From positions 640,001 to 704,000 of the forward strand of contig JAXGZN010000001.1 of the NCBI GenBank assembly GCA_040776945.1: a stretch of DNA of 64,000 nucleotides, in the 5' to 3' direction. The notes under the pieces were generated by a model, which saw only the letters and a program-made list of their open reading frames with translations, did no database searches and had not been told where the DNA came from. A program made the translations under genes and the position numbers. Position 1 is the stretch's first letter. Every line of letters starts with the position of its first letter. This DNA comes from Methanomassiliicoccaceae archaeon. GTDB lineage: Archaea; Thermoplasmatota; Thermoplasmata; Methanomassiliicoccales; Methanomassiliicoccaceae. This document shows positions 10,337-20,188 of this stretch, one piece after another.

Positions 10337-11392
10337 TTGGCCGAGTGCGATCTCTCGGCCAGACGGATCATGGAAGAGATCGAGGCGAAGGGCTACCGCG
10401 GCGGTTATACCGCCGTAAAGGACCTCGTGCTGCCGATCAAGCGGGACCGCGCCGTTCGCGCCGAGATACGCTTCGAGACCAGGCCGGGAGAGCAGGCGCA
10501 GGTGGACTGGATCGATCTCGGAAAGCAGGGGATCGACCATGAAACGGTGCATCTGTACTGCTTCACCATGGTGCTCGGGTACTCGCGCTACGCCTACGCC
10601 GAGTTCACCGACAACGTGCGCACTGAAACCTTTGTGCAGTGCCACCTCAACGCCTTCCGGTACTTCGACGGCCTGCCGCGCACCGTGCTGTACGACAACA
10701 CCAAGAACGTGGTGCTGCTCCGCGCGCTCAAGAGCTCCGAGTCCACCTTCAATCCTCTCTACCAGGACTTCGCTCAACACCACGGCATAACGCCGCGGCT
10801 ATGCCGTCCCGGCATCGCCGGAGCGAGGACCAAAGGCAAGGTGGAGCGGTTCATCCAGTATCTGGAGCGGGACTTCTTCATCGGCCGGTCGTTCGATTCG
10901 CTCAACGACATCAACTGGCAGCTCATCGTTTGGCTGTCCAAGGCGAACTCGCGCGTGCACGGCACCACGAACGCGGTGCCGTGCGAACGGCTGAAGGAAG
11001 AGGGGCTGAGGCCGCTTGGCCTTGAGAGGCCGTACCTGGTCACCCTGGTCGAGTTCAGAAAGGTGACCAGAGATTGCTTCGTTTCCTATCGCGGCGCAAG
11101 ATACTCGGTGCCGTGGCGCTACGCCGGACGCGAATGCCAGCTGCATGTGCGCTTCGACAGGTTCGAGGTCCTGGTCGACGGCGAGGTCATCGCCAGGCAC
11201 GAGGTCGTGCCTGGACCTCGCACCATCAGGGTGAAGGAGCATTTCGCCGGGCTGCACAAGATCAAGCGGGACGAGAACCTGGAGCGCCACAGGAAGCGGA
11301 TGGGGGTGGTGTTCGATCCTCTTCTCGTTCCGCCGGAGGTCCAGGTGAGGGAGCCGTCTTATTATGAGAGGTTCGCAGGAGGCAATGAATGA
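10337..11392 (+). pseudogene. istA: IstA transposase, N-terminally truncated
   Basis: RFETRPGEQAQVDW, LGYSR, LYDNTK, TKGKVER; N-terminal HTH cut at the IS1634 end. Confidence 0.85.
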
Positions 11393-12172
11393 CGACGAAC
11401 GAGATCTACGAGAGAGTGCACGAGATCGAACTCGATGAAACTGAGCACCGCTGAATCGATACTCGATTCGGTCGAGAACGAGGCGAAGACGGACGCCTCG
11501 TTCCTGGAGATGCTGGACCATCTGCTCGCCGAGGAAGTGAGACATCGCCGGTCCTCGTCCATCGAGACGCGAACACGGTTAGCGAACTTTCCGTCCAGGA
11601 AGCACTTGGACGACTTCGATCTCGGGTTCCAGCCGAGCATCGACCGCCGGGTGTTCGACGACCTGCGCACGCTGCGGTTCCTCGCGAACGGGGAGAACGT
11701 GATGCTGCTCGGTCCGCCTGGTGTCGGGAAAACGCACATCGCCATCGGCCTCGGCATCGAGGCCATCCGCGCCGGGTACAGCGCCTACTACCTTAACTCG
11801 GCCAGCATGATCGCCAAGCTGCGCTCGGGAGCGCAGCGGGGCACGCTGGAGCGGGCGCTGAAGAACCTGTGCCGTCCGAAGCTGCTCATCGTGGACGAGA
11901 TCGGCTACCTGCCGATGGACCGCGAAGCGGCGAACTTGTTCTTCCAGCTGGTATCTCGACGATACGAGAAGGGCAGCACCATCTACACTTCGAACAAATC
12001 GTACGGGGAATGGGGCGAGGTCCTGGGCGACAACGTCATCGCCAGCGCGGTGCTGGATCGCATACTGCACCACAGCGTCACGCTGAACGTTCGCGGAGAT
12101 AGCTATCGGCTGCAGCATCGCCGGAAGGCCGGCTTGACGGTAACGCCTCAAGGGGCAGGAGTCTTTAAATAA
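11389..12172 (+). CDS. istB: IstB AAA+ helper ATPase; natural ATG (11389) is out of frame with the main ORF (11435-12172)
   Basis: GPPGVGKT Walker A, LLIVDEIGY, TSN, LDRILHH..GDSYR. Confidence 0.88.
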
Positions 12173-12230
12173 GGATGGTCAATATTCAAATGGCAGTTCT
12201 GGTTAATTTTCAAGCGGCATTGACATTATC

Positions 12231-12776
12231 TTGCTGAAATACCTTCACATAGGAGAGAATATGCTATTAGAACTCGATCATGAGAGCACTCTGCATTGGT
12301 ACAAGAAGCCGTTCAAGGGTCACTTCGAGCTGAAAGAAGGGGCGCGCTCTCAGCGGGTCTTCGCATCGCTGGATATTTCCAGGATCAAGCTCAAGGGTGC
12401 CGGGACGGTCGACGGCAAGAGGGTGGAGCTCAGCTTCGTTGATGATGACCTCCACTACATCGTGCCGGTCAAGGTCGAGGGCCACGAGGGGGAGTGGGGC
12501 ACCTTCAGGAGCAGGAGCAGCCTCATGTTTGAGCCCGCCGTGCTCAAGGTCCACGATGGCCGGGAGTATCTTCTTAAGAAGATCGAATGGAATGAGTTCC
12601 GTCTCTATACTGGTGAGGGTCGAACGGTGATGACCATGTTCATGGACCGCGTCGATAGCCCCGTTACCAAGATGGACATGAGGTTCGAGAAGGTAAGGGC
12701 AGAGGAGAAGGACTACCTTTTGCTCGCTACCCTCGTGTTTTGGGAAGTGGTCTTCTTCAACCGCCAGTCGTCATAG
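12231..12776 (+). CDS. Hypothetical beta-rich protein (possibly LURP-one/Tubby-like)
   Basis: 181-aa ORF of alternating beta strands with a C-terminal hydrophobic helix; fold is a guess. Confidence 0.6.
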   Translation: MLKYLHIGENMLLELDHESTLHWYKKPFKGHFELKEGARSQRVFASLDISRIKLKGAGTVDGKRVELSFVDDDLHYIVPVKVEGHEGEWGTFRSRSSLMFEPAVLKVHDGREYLLKKIEWNEFRLYTGEGRTVMTMFMDRVDSPVTKMDMRFEKVRAEEKDYLLLATLVFWEVVFFNRQSS

Positions 12777-12790
12777 AAAAGGAGAGGGGG

Positions 12791-14878
12791 CTATGCCCCC
12801 CAATACATAGTCGCATGGTTTGCGTTTGTTCTTAGCCCCTTTAATTGAGGGGAATCGTATATTGTTGTGGCTGTTAGTTTTATTCCCGTTTTTATCATCG
12901 CGTTATATCCCCCCACTGTAGTTATTTGAGCCGATAATCCCAACGCTGTGCCGGCTACTTTTGCAGTCTTCCCTTCAAACATTCTTACACCGACATCATC
13001 TACCCACATTTTTGTTGTGGCCGTAGCAATCTTCTTTTCGGCTACATTTGCGAATCTATCAAACACTTTTGTTTTGGAAACAAATTTACTCATAGAAGAA
13101 CCGCCTATGTAGCCTGTGGCACCGCCTAATAGGGCACCAAATAGGCCTCCTTTTACAGTTTCTTCAACATTCCAATTACTGTTTAGGCCTGATTCAATTG
13201 TGCCCTGAACCCCTCCTGATATTGCTCCCACCTCCGCAGCACTCAAACCGATAGATACTGTACTTCCCATGCCAAAAGTTGCTCCAGCGACAGCCCCACT
13301 AATGGCACCGCCTGCAGCTCCTGCGATCATTGCATTAGTATTCCAATTACTCGATGCTCCCGCCAGCACTGCTCCTACCACTGCCCCAATGATGGCTCCA
13401 CCGGCGATTTGAGCTATGAAGTTCAAAATTTGGCCAGTAGGGTCAGTATGGATTAGTGGGCTGTTAACACAGTAAACAAACCTATTCAGTGTTTGAGGGT
13501 TCGAATTGTTACCTGTCAACGGGTCCAGAGCCGTGAACCGCCCAAGCTCCGGATCGTAGTACCTCGCCCCGAGGTACACGAGGCCGGTGCTGTCCCGGAC
13601 CTCGGAGGCGAAGGTCAGGCGGTCGAATCCTTCCGATCCTACGACTTCGCCGAACGGCTCGTAAGTTAGTGCGTAATAAGAGACGCTCGCCACATCGTGA
13701 ACGCCGTTCCTCAGCACGAACCTCGACGAGCCGAGAGCGTCCGCGAGGTAGGCGTAGCTGTCGTCACCTTCTAGCCGAAGCTCGAGGCGAGAGTTCACGT
13801 ACACGAACTTGGAGACGTTCCCGTCCGCGACCTCGTACGCCGGATCGTGACCTTGATATACGCTGGTGACGACGCCTTCGGAGTCGGAGACAATTGCGCG
13901 AGCGCTGTTAGCGTCGTAGGCGTACGATGCTAAGGCGGTAAGAGGAGACCATATTCCACTGTTGTTCGTCTGTTTCTCCACCGAGATCATCTGCCCGAAG
14001 GAGTTGTACTCGAAGTGGAAACGCCCGGCGGTGGAGTTCTTCCATATGACATTTCCGTCGTTGTCGTAAGCGTACGAGAACGTGCCGTCGGAGGTCAGCT
14101 TGTTGTAGCTCGAGTACGAGTACGAGCGATTGGTGCCGTCGTTCATCCACAGCCGGTTGCCCATCGAGTCGTAGCCGTAGCGAAGCGTGCCCCAGACGCC
14201 GGTCGCCTTGGTCAGGCGGCCGAGCATGTCGTACTCGTATTGCTCGGTTCCGGCCGAGCCGACGGCGTCGACGATCCTGACGACGTTGCCGACATCGTCG
14301 TACGAGTACCGCAGGTCCATGAAGGTCCCGTTTCCATCGTACGCGCTGATCCTAGTGATCCATCCTCTGAAGTTGTAATTATACGACATGGTGGAGTTGC
14401 CGTCGCACTCGCTCTTCGCAGCTACGGAATCATCCTTGTTGTATGTGAACGAAATAAGCTCGTCGTTACCGGATAGTACGCGATCCAGCCGTCCGTAGTC
14501 GTCGTATTGATAGGTGATGACGGACGAGTCGGGATAGGTCACTCCGGTCACGGCCCCGGTAGCGTCGAAGCTGTAGGAGAACGAGAACGCGGTGCCGTTG
14601 ATCGTCTCGGTCATCGCATCCACGAGGTTACGGTCGTTGTACGAGTACGAGAAGTTGCCGAGGCTGTTCCTGGCTTCGATCACGTTCCCGGCCGAGTCGT
14701 ACCTCGTGATGTACTTGTCATCAGTACCGACCACACGGATCAATCGGCCCGAGGTGTCGTATTCGGACGATTGCACGTCCCCTCCTCGGTCGGTCCAGGT
14801 GGTGATCCGTCCAGCATTATCATATGTCCACGATTTCCACCGAGCGGGAGATGATGTGCCACAAATATATCTGTTCAT
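12791..14878 (-). CDS. Rhs/YD-repeat protein fragment: C-terminal core plus variable tip
   Basis: YD repeats (YDxxGR/GN), core signature YLGARYYDPELGRF..LDP..NRFVYC.NSP..TDPTG, then ~210-aa Gly/Ala-rich hydrophobic tip; N-terminus missing. Confidence 0.92.
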   Translation of the reverse strand: MNRYICGTSSPARWKSWTYDNAGRITTWTDRGGDVQSSEYDTSGRLIRVVGTDDKYITRYDSAGNVIEARNSLGNFSYSYNDRNLVDAMTETINGTAFSFSYSFDATGAVTGVTYPDSSVITYQYDDYGRLDRVLSGNDELISFTYNKDDSVAAKSECDGNSTMSYNYNFRGWITRISAYDGNGTFMDLRYSYDDVGNVVRIVDAVGSAGTEQYEYDMLGRLTKATGVWGTLRYGYDSMGNRLWMNDGTNRSYSYSSYNKLTSDGTFSYAYDNDGNVIWKNSTAGRFHFEYNSFGQMISVEKQTNNSGIWSPLTALASYAYDANSARAIVSDSEGVVTSVYQGHDPAYEVADGNVSKFVYVNSRLELRLEGDDSYAYLADALGSSRFVLRNGVHDVASVSYYALTYEPFGEVVGSEGFDRLTFASEVRDSTGLVYLGARYYDPELGRFTALDPLTGNNSNPQTLNRFVYCVNSPLIHTDPTGQILNFIAQIAGGAIIGAVVGAVLAGASSNWNTNAMIAGAAGGAISGAVAGATFGMGSTVSIGLSAAEVGAISGGVQGTIESGLNSNWNVEETVKGGLFGALLGGATGYIGGSSMSKFVSKTKVFDRFANVAEKKIATATTKMWVDDVGVRMFEGKTAKVAGTALGLSAQITTVGGYNAMIKTGIKLTATTIYDSPQLKGLRTNANHATMYWGA

Positions 14879-15153
14879 TGATAGTTATATACATTCAGAA
14901 TCGTTCCGAGCGGGGCGATGGTCCTTTGGCGGTAGATAGCCCATCTTCGTTTACCAGGGAGCATTGTGAGGCATGTTCATTCTCAAATCACCTATCGGAC
15001 GAGCAACGAACATCATACTGCACGCGTGAAAGCGATGACATCGCGTGCTGAATTGATTGGACCGGGCTCGGCCGATCATGAGCATGGATCGATGTGCAAG
15101 CCATCTTCCTGCACAGGGTGATTAGATATACGCCCCGTCCCTTCCTTCGAAGC

Positions 15154-16770
15154 ATGACCAAGGTGCTCCGGGCGCTCATCATCGACGGCTACGTGGACGA
15201 GCCGGCGTGCCTGGGGGTGCCGCCGTACATCTCCCCGCAGGTCAGGGCGGCGGTGGGCGCGGCCCGCGTGGCCGGAGCTGAGGCCGAGTACCTGACCATC
15301 GATCAGGTACGCCGCGGTGCCGCGTTACCGCATGCCGCCGTTAGCTTGATCATGGCCGGTTCGGCGGTCCCGGGGAAGTACCTGAGGGCCATGCCCGCCT
15401 CGGGGAGAGAGGTAGCGAACTTGGCGGAGCGGTTGCCAGGGATAAGGGTGCTGGGCGGGCCAGCCGCTTTGGAAAAGAGCGAACTTGGGCGGTTCGAGCA
15501 CCTGGCTCTCAAGGACCCCGCCGCCGCGGTGCACGATCTCCTCACCTCGGGAAGCGCAGGCCAGCGTTGGAGGTCCATGGAGGAGTGGAACGCCTGGCTG
15601 CTGGCCGGGGCCGATACGGTGCTCCACCACCCCGATTTCCCGCAACCGCTGGTGGCCGAGGTAGAGACCTACCGCGGATGCGTCCGCTACGCTTCCGGCG
15701 GATGCTCCTTCTGCGTGGAGCCGATGAAGGGTGCGCCGTCCTTCCGGGACGAGGATGATATCATCGCCGAGTGCCGGAAGCTCCGCGAGCTGGGAGTGGC
15801 GAACTTCAGGTTAGGAGCGCAGACCTGCATCGTGTCGTACAAGGCCGACCTATCTTCCGGCGACCCGCCCCGGCCGAGACCGGAGGCGGTGGAGCGGCTG
15901 TTCGCCGGCATCGCGGCCCTTGGGCCAGAGGTCCTGCACGTGGACAACGCTAATCCCGCGGTCATCGCCTCCTATCCTGAGGAGTCGGAGAAGGTCCTTA
16001 GGGCTCTGGTCGAACATTGCACCAGCGGCAACGTGCTCGCCCTCGGCCTGGAGTGCGCCGACCCCGAGGTCCGGGAGGCGAACAACCTGAACGCCAGCGC
16101 GGAGCAGGCCATGGAAGCGATCAGGGCGATCAATCGCATCGGCTCGGAGACAGGCAAGAGCGGCCTTCCCAGGTTGCTTCCGGGCCTCAACCTCATCGTC
16201 GGCCTGGAGGGCGAGATCGGCGAGAGCCTGGAACTCGACAAGGCATTCTTGCGCGCCGTGCTGGACGAGGGCCTCATGCTCAGGAGGATCAGCGTCCGGC
16301 AGGTAATCCCGGTGCGCCGCGAGTTCCCGCCGACGGTCGGTCACAGGGAGTTCATCAAGTTCAAGGAGTTCGTGCGGGAGCACATAGACCGTCCGATGCT
16401 CGAGCGCACGGTCCCTCAAGGAACGGTCCTGTGTAAGGTGTTCACCGAGCTCCGCGACGGCAACACCACCTTCGGGCGGCAGATCGGCTCGTACCCGCTT
16501 CTCGTGGGCATTCCATACCCGGTCGATATCGGCAGGTTCGTCGACGTCAAGGTCGTTGGCTGGGGGTACCGCAGCGTCACCGCCATCGAGCATCCTCTGA
16601 GGATAAATTCCTGCCCGCTCAAGGCCCTGGAGGCGTTGCCGGGCGTCGGAAGGAAACGCGCCATCCGGTTGTTCAACAAGAGGCCGATGAAGAACATGGC
16701 CGACCTGACCAAGGCGCTGGACGATGCCCAGATAGCTAAGGATCTCGATGGCCTCGTCGCCTTTGACTGA
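15154..16770 (+). CDS. Radical SAM protein with TRAM-like and helix-hairpin-helix C-terminus (COG1031-like)
   Basis: DGYVDEPACLGVPPYISP, ETYRGCVRYASGGCSFC, HVDNANP, LEALPGVGRKRA. Confidence 0.85.
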   Translation: MTKVLRALIIDGYVDEPACLGVPPYISPQVRAAVGAARVAGAEAEYLTIDQVRRGAALPHAAVSLIMAGSAVPGKYLRAMPASGREVANLAERLPGIRVLGGPAALEKSELGRFEHLALKDPAAAVHDLLTSGSAGQRWRSMEEWNAWLLAGADTVLHHPDFPQPLVAEVETYRGCVRYASGGCSFCVEPMKGAPSFRDEDDIIAECRKLRELGVANFRLGAQTCIVSYKADLSSGDPPRPRPEAVERLFAGIAALGPEVLHVDNANPAVIASYPEESEKVLRALVEHCTSGNVLALGLECADPEVREANNLNASAEQAMEAIRAINRIGSETGKSGLPRLLPGLNLIVGLEGEIGESLELDKAFLRAVLDEGLMLRRISVRQVIPVRREFPPTVGHREFIKFKEFVREHIDRPMLERTVPQGTVLCKVFTELRDGNTTFGRQIGSYPLLVGIPYPVDIGRFVDVKVVGWGYRSVTAIEHPLRINSCPLKALEALPGVGRKRAIRLFNKRPMKNMADLTKALDDAQIAKDLDGLVAFD

Positions 16771-16816
16771 AGCGACGATTGGAACTTATTTATGCGCGGA
16801 TGGCCTGACTTCGGGC

Positions 16817-17911
16817 ATGGAGGGCCTTCACCTCGCCAAATACCCGTTCCTCAAGGACGCAGCAGAGCACGTGAAGGACCAGGGCGTCACGTTAGACGAT
16901 CTATTGGAGCACCAGGCGTTCCGCCAGGCCCGGGCGCGGGGCAAGGCCAGGGTCATCGACGCGCTCGAGGACGGCATCGTCCGCCTCCGCCCCATGGGGA
17001 CGGCCGAAGAGCAGCTGGAGGAGATCCTCTCCTACCCCATGGCCAGGATGTTCGTCTCCAGCGTCGGTGATAAGTTCCTCACCAGGCGCTACGCGCTCGC
17101 TGAGGGGGTGGCGATGTGCGAGCGTCTGGAGAGGGAGAGGAGCGACATCGTCGAAGAGGTCGCCTACCAGCTCGGTGTTCCCGTGACCACGGACGTCGAT
17201 GAGAGCGACGAGCTCACGGTGCGCATGCACTTCTCCGATTATCTGAGGTTCACGTCGCGCATGCGCAGCAAGGAATGGAAGCTGGTGAACACCGAGGTCA
17301 AGGACGGGCACGTGACCCTGAACCAGGTCAAGTTCGCCCGGGTCATGCAGCAGGCGCTCCAAGATAGGATAGAAGCGGAGCTGCCCCTGCCGGTCACCGA
17401 CAGCATCGTTCGCGCGCTGGGCGACGACCTTCGAGAGCTGAAGGACCGTACCGCGATCAAGCGTGACCAGTTCAAGGCCGAGGACTTCGGCAAGGTCAGC
17501 GTGGAGAACTTCCCGCCGTGCATGAAGCACCTCATCGGCATGGCCCAGGCGGGGGAGAACATACCGCACTCCGGGCGGTTCGCGCTGACCGCGTTCCTGC
17601 ATCATGTAGGCCTATCTTCCGACGAGATCCTGGCGCTGTACGCGACCTCGCCGGACTTCGATCAGTCGAAGACCAAGTACCAGGTGGACCACATTACTGG
17701 AGAAACGTCGGGCACCGAGTACACCCCGCCGGAGTGCTCGACGATGAAGAGCTACGGCATCTGCTACGAGCCGGACTCTTTGTGCAACCATCCCAAGGAG
17801 TACGTCAAGCACCCGCTGTCGTACTACCGCATCAAGAACCTCCCGCCCCGGAAGGCCGGTCCTAGTCCTTCACCTTCTTCCATATCTCCATCGCCCGCTG
17901 GACCGCAGTGA
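16817..17911 (+). CDS. priL: DNA primase large subunit
   Basis: LAKYPF, FPPCM, GENIPHSGRF, PDFD..KTKYQVDHI, YTPPEC..MKSYGIC, KHPLSYY. Confidence 0.95.
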   Translation: MEGLHLAKYPFLKDAAEHVKDQGVTLDDLLEHQAFRQARARGKARVIDALEDGIVRLRPMGTAEEQLEEILSYPMARMFVSSVGDKFLTRRYALAEGVAMCERLERERSDIVEEVAYQLGVPVTTDVDESDELTVRMHFSDYLRFTSRMRSKEWKLVNTEVKDGHVTLNQVKFARVMQQALQDRIEAELPLPVTDSIVRALGDDLRELKDRTAIKRDQFKAEDFGKVSVENFPPCMKHLIGMAQAGENIPHSGRFALTAFLHHVGLSSDEILALYATSPDFDQSKTKYQVDHITGETSGTEYTPPECSTMKSYGICYEPDSLCNHPKEYVKHPLSYYRIKNLPPRKAGPSPSPSSISPSPAGPQ

Positions 17912-18542
17912 GGTTGCCGATCACGGCGAACCACAGCATCACCAGCTCGAACATTGAGAGATATATGCCGGCCCCGAGGTGGACCCATCCTGAGGTGAGG
18001 TACGCGGCCGCGTCGCTGGGAGGGGCGGAGCCGGTGAAGAGGACCATGAAGAACGCCTGGACGATGGGGGCTGCCGTCAAAAGCACGACGCGGTCGGCCC
18101 GGCCCAGCAGGCCGGCGTACAGCCGCCCCGCCCCGACCGCCTGAGATTGCGTGCCCATGTAGCTGGTGAGCAGCACGCCGATGATGGCCAGCATCCCGAT
18201 GTAGGGGTTGCACCACGCGCTGACCGCCACCGCGCCGATCATGACCACGTCGGAGTAGCGGTCCAGGATGTGATCGAGCAGGTCCCCGCGCTTCGAAGCC
18301 CGCCCGGTGATCCTCGCCACCTTTCCGTCCACCGCGTCGAGGAAGCCGCTGATCAGCACCGCCAGAGCCGACAGGGGCAGCAGCAGCTCCCAGCTCAGGG
18401 GACTGGCGAAGATAAGGAGTCCGGCCACGCAGGCCATGACGAAGGAGGCCCAGGAGATGGTATTGGGGTTGAACCTCGATAGCCGCTTCGCGCTCGGCAG
18501 CATGATGAACTCTACCTTGTCGCGCTTGGAATCTAGTACCAT
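17862..18542 (-). CDS. CDP-alcohol phosphatidyltransferase
   Basis: DAVDGKVAR...SKRGDLLDHILDRYSD signature. Confidence 0.92.
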   Translation of the reverse strand: MVLDSKRDKVEFIMLPSAKRLSRFNPNTISWASFVMACVAGLLIFASPLSWELLLPLSALAVLISGFLDAVDGKVARITGRASKRGDLLDHILDRYSDVVMIGAVAVSAWCNPYIGMLAIIGVLLTSYMGTQSQAVGAGRLYAGLLGRADRVVLLTAAPIVQAFFMVLFTGSAPPSDAAAYLTSGWVHLGAGIYLSMFELVMLWFAVIGNLTAVQRAMEIWKKVKD

Positions 18543-19060
18543 CCCAGAACCTCCTGGCTCCAGTCGATATTTCCCACGGCGTACTTTTCCCTTTCTCCTG
18601 CCAGGACGTCCTCGACGGCGTCGGCGACCTGGTCCTTGGACATCTCCGTGGTATCGATCTCCACCGTCTCCCGCTCGGACTCGACCGCCTCCACCAGGAT
18701 AACGTCCAGCGCCTCCGCTTCCATGTTCTCCCTGACCTTGGCGTCGGCCCATCCCCTGCCCATCAGGCGCTTCTCCAGCACAGAGGGGCGGCAGCGGAGG
18801 ACTATCACAAGCTCCGAGGGCACCAGGTGAGAGAGGTGCCCGATCAGCAGGACCTCACCGGCCGGCAGAAGCGCCGGAACACGGTCCGCGAGGACGTCAA
18901 CATCGACCTCGAGGCTGCCTCTCTCCTCGTCCACGCCCTCGTGCAGGCCATGCTCCCTGATGAGGTCGCCGAGCTCTACGACATGGCGGCCTCTCGCCCT
19001 GAGAGCAAGACCGGCGCTGCTCTTCCCCGTGCCCGGAGTGCCGGTGATGGAGATGATCAC
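18533..19060 (-). CDS. Adenylate kinase, AK6/Fap7 family
   Basis: ITGTPGTGKS, GHLSH, LRCRP..L..RL..RGW..KVRENMEAE. Confidence 0.9.
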   Translation of the reverse strand: MIISITGTPGTGKSSAGLALRARGRHVVELGDLIREHGLHEGVDEERGSLEVDVDVLADRVPALLPAGEVLLIGHLSHLVPSELVIVLRCRPSVLEKRLMGRGWADAKVRENMEAEALDVILVEAVESERETVEIDTTEMSKDQVADAVEDVLAGEREKYAVGNIDWSQEVLGWY

Positions 19061-19333
19061 GTGCGGAGGAACGGACGCCGTGCATAAAAAGGATTCATGA
19101 ACATTGAGGGGTTGCGGGGCTAAGCCCCTGACCCCGGTGCCCCGCGGACCTTCTTCCCATCTCAGCGATTCTCACGACGCTTGCCAAGGTATTAAACAGG
19201 TTTTAGAGCATGCTACACTTATCTTTTTATATTATGATCCTCGCGGAGATGGTGCCAGCAGCATGTTCTTCAACGAGCGCCTGTCCAACAGCCCCTGAGA
19301 GCGGCCTCGAGCAGATGCGAGTGACGGGAAACA

Positions 19334-20146
19334 TCAGCTTCGAGACCCCGGCCCGGCCTGACATCGCATGAAGAGCTCGTCGGCGAAGCCCAGTCGGCCG
19401 AAGGCGTCCAGACGGTACGCCTCGGCCCGCCGGCGCATGGTCGGGGGGCACTCGACGGCGAAGGGGAAGGGATACTCGACGTCCATCAGCGTCAGGTTCT
19501 CGGCGGGAGCGAGGCCGAAGCTCACGTCCCTTCCGTCCAGCGCGGAGCGGACCTCCTCCACGCTCGCCCTGCCCTCCCCGGCCTTGATCATGGCCGCGAC
19601 CATCCTGCGCACCATGTTGCGGAGGAACTCCCTGCCCCTGATGTCGATGATCAGCATGCCCTTCTCCTCCCGCACCGTGACGCTCTCCATTGTCTTGATG
19701 GTGGAACGGCCGTCAGGCTTGCAGAAACGCCGGAAATCGTGCCGCCCCTGCAGGGCATCCCCGCATTCGATCACCTTCGTGACGTCCAGATCGCCGGCCG
19801 GAAGGACGTACCGGTACCAACGGCCTTTGGCCCTCCGGGGGCTGAAGGCAGACGGCACGTCGGCAACGCCGTAAACGTAGAGGTCCTCGACGGCCGAGTT
19901 GACCGCCCTGAGCAGCTCGGTCCGGGGAAAGTTGGTATCGAAGGCGGCGACGTTCCCCAGCGCGCTGACCCCCCGGTCGGTGCGGCTGGCGAAGCGGAAG
20001 CGGGAGGCGGCGACCGAGCCGAAGGCCTTCACTTCCAGGAGAGCGGCGATGAGCTCCGATTCCACGGTGCGCTCCCCCGGCTGCCTCTGGGAGCCCATGA
20101 ACGCCCGCCCGTCGTAGGCGAGCTTGACGGCGGCGCGCCAGACCAC
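19334..20146 (-). CDS. truA: tRNA pseudouridine(38-40) synthase
   Basis: KLAYDG..F.GSQRQP, ASRTDRGVSA, GRHDF, FLRNMVRR, APAENL; GTG start inferred. Confidence 0.93.
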   Translation of the reverse strand: MVWRAAVKLAYDGRAFMGSQRQPGERTVESELIAALLEVKAFGSVAASRFRFASRTDRGVSALGNVAAFDTNFPRTELLRAVNSAVEDLYVYGVADVPSAFSPRRAKGRWYRYVLPAGDLDVTKVIECGDALQGRHDFRRFCKPDGRSTIKTMESVTVREEKGMLIIDIRGREFLRNMVRRMVAAMIKAGEGRASVEEVRSALDGRDVSFGLAPAENLTLMDVEYPFPFAVECPPTMRRRAEAYRLDAFGRLGFADELFMRCQAGPGSRS

Positions 20147-20188
20147 GTCAGGATTAAGTAGAACTGGCCTATTAATGGTTCCGAGGGC

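Larger units (their letters stand above)
10281..12225 (+). mobile_element. IS21-family element lacking its left end
   Basis: istA-istB pair; right end ...TTGACA at 12225 with internal repeats TGGTCAATATTCAA (12176) and TGGTTAATTTTCAA (12200). Confidence 0.88.

Noticed and set aside
15020-15076. Possible C/D-box sRNA (GCGATGA..CTGA..TGAT..CCGA) and GCACGCG/CGCGTGC hairpin
   Set aside because: Boxes are degenerate and one guide is too short; cannot be supported without data.
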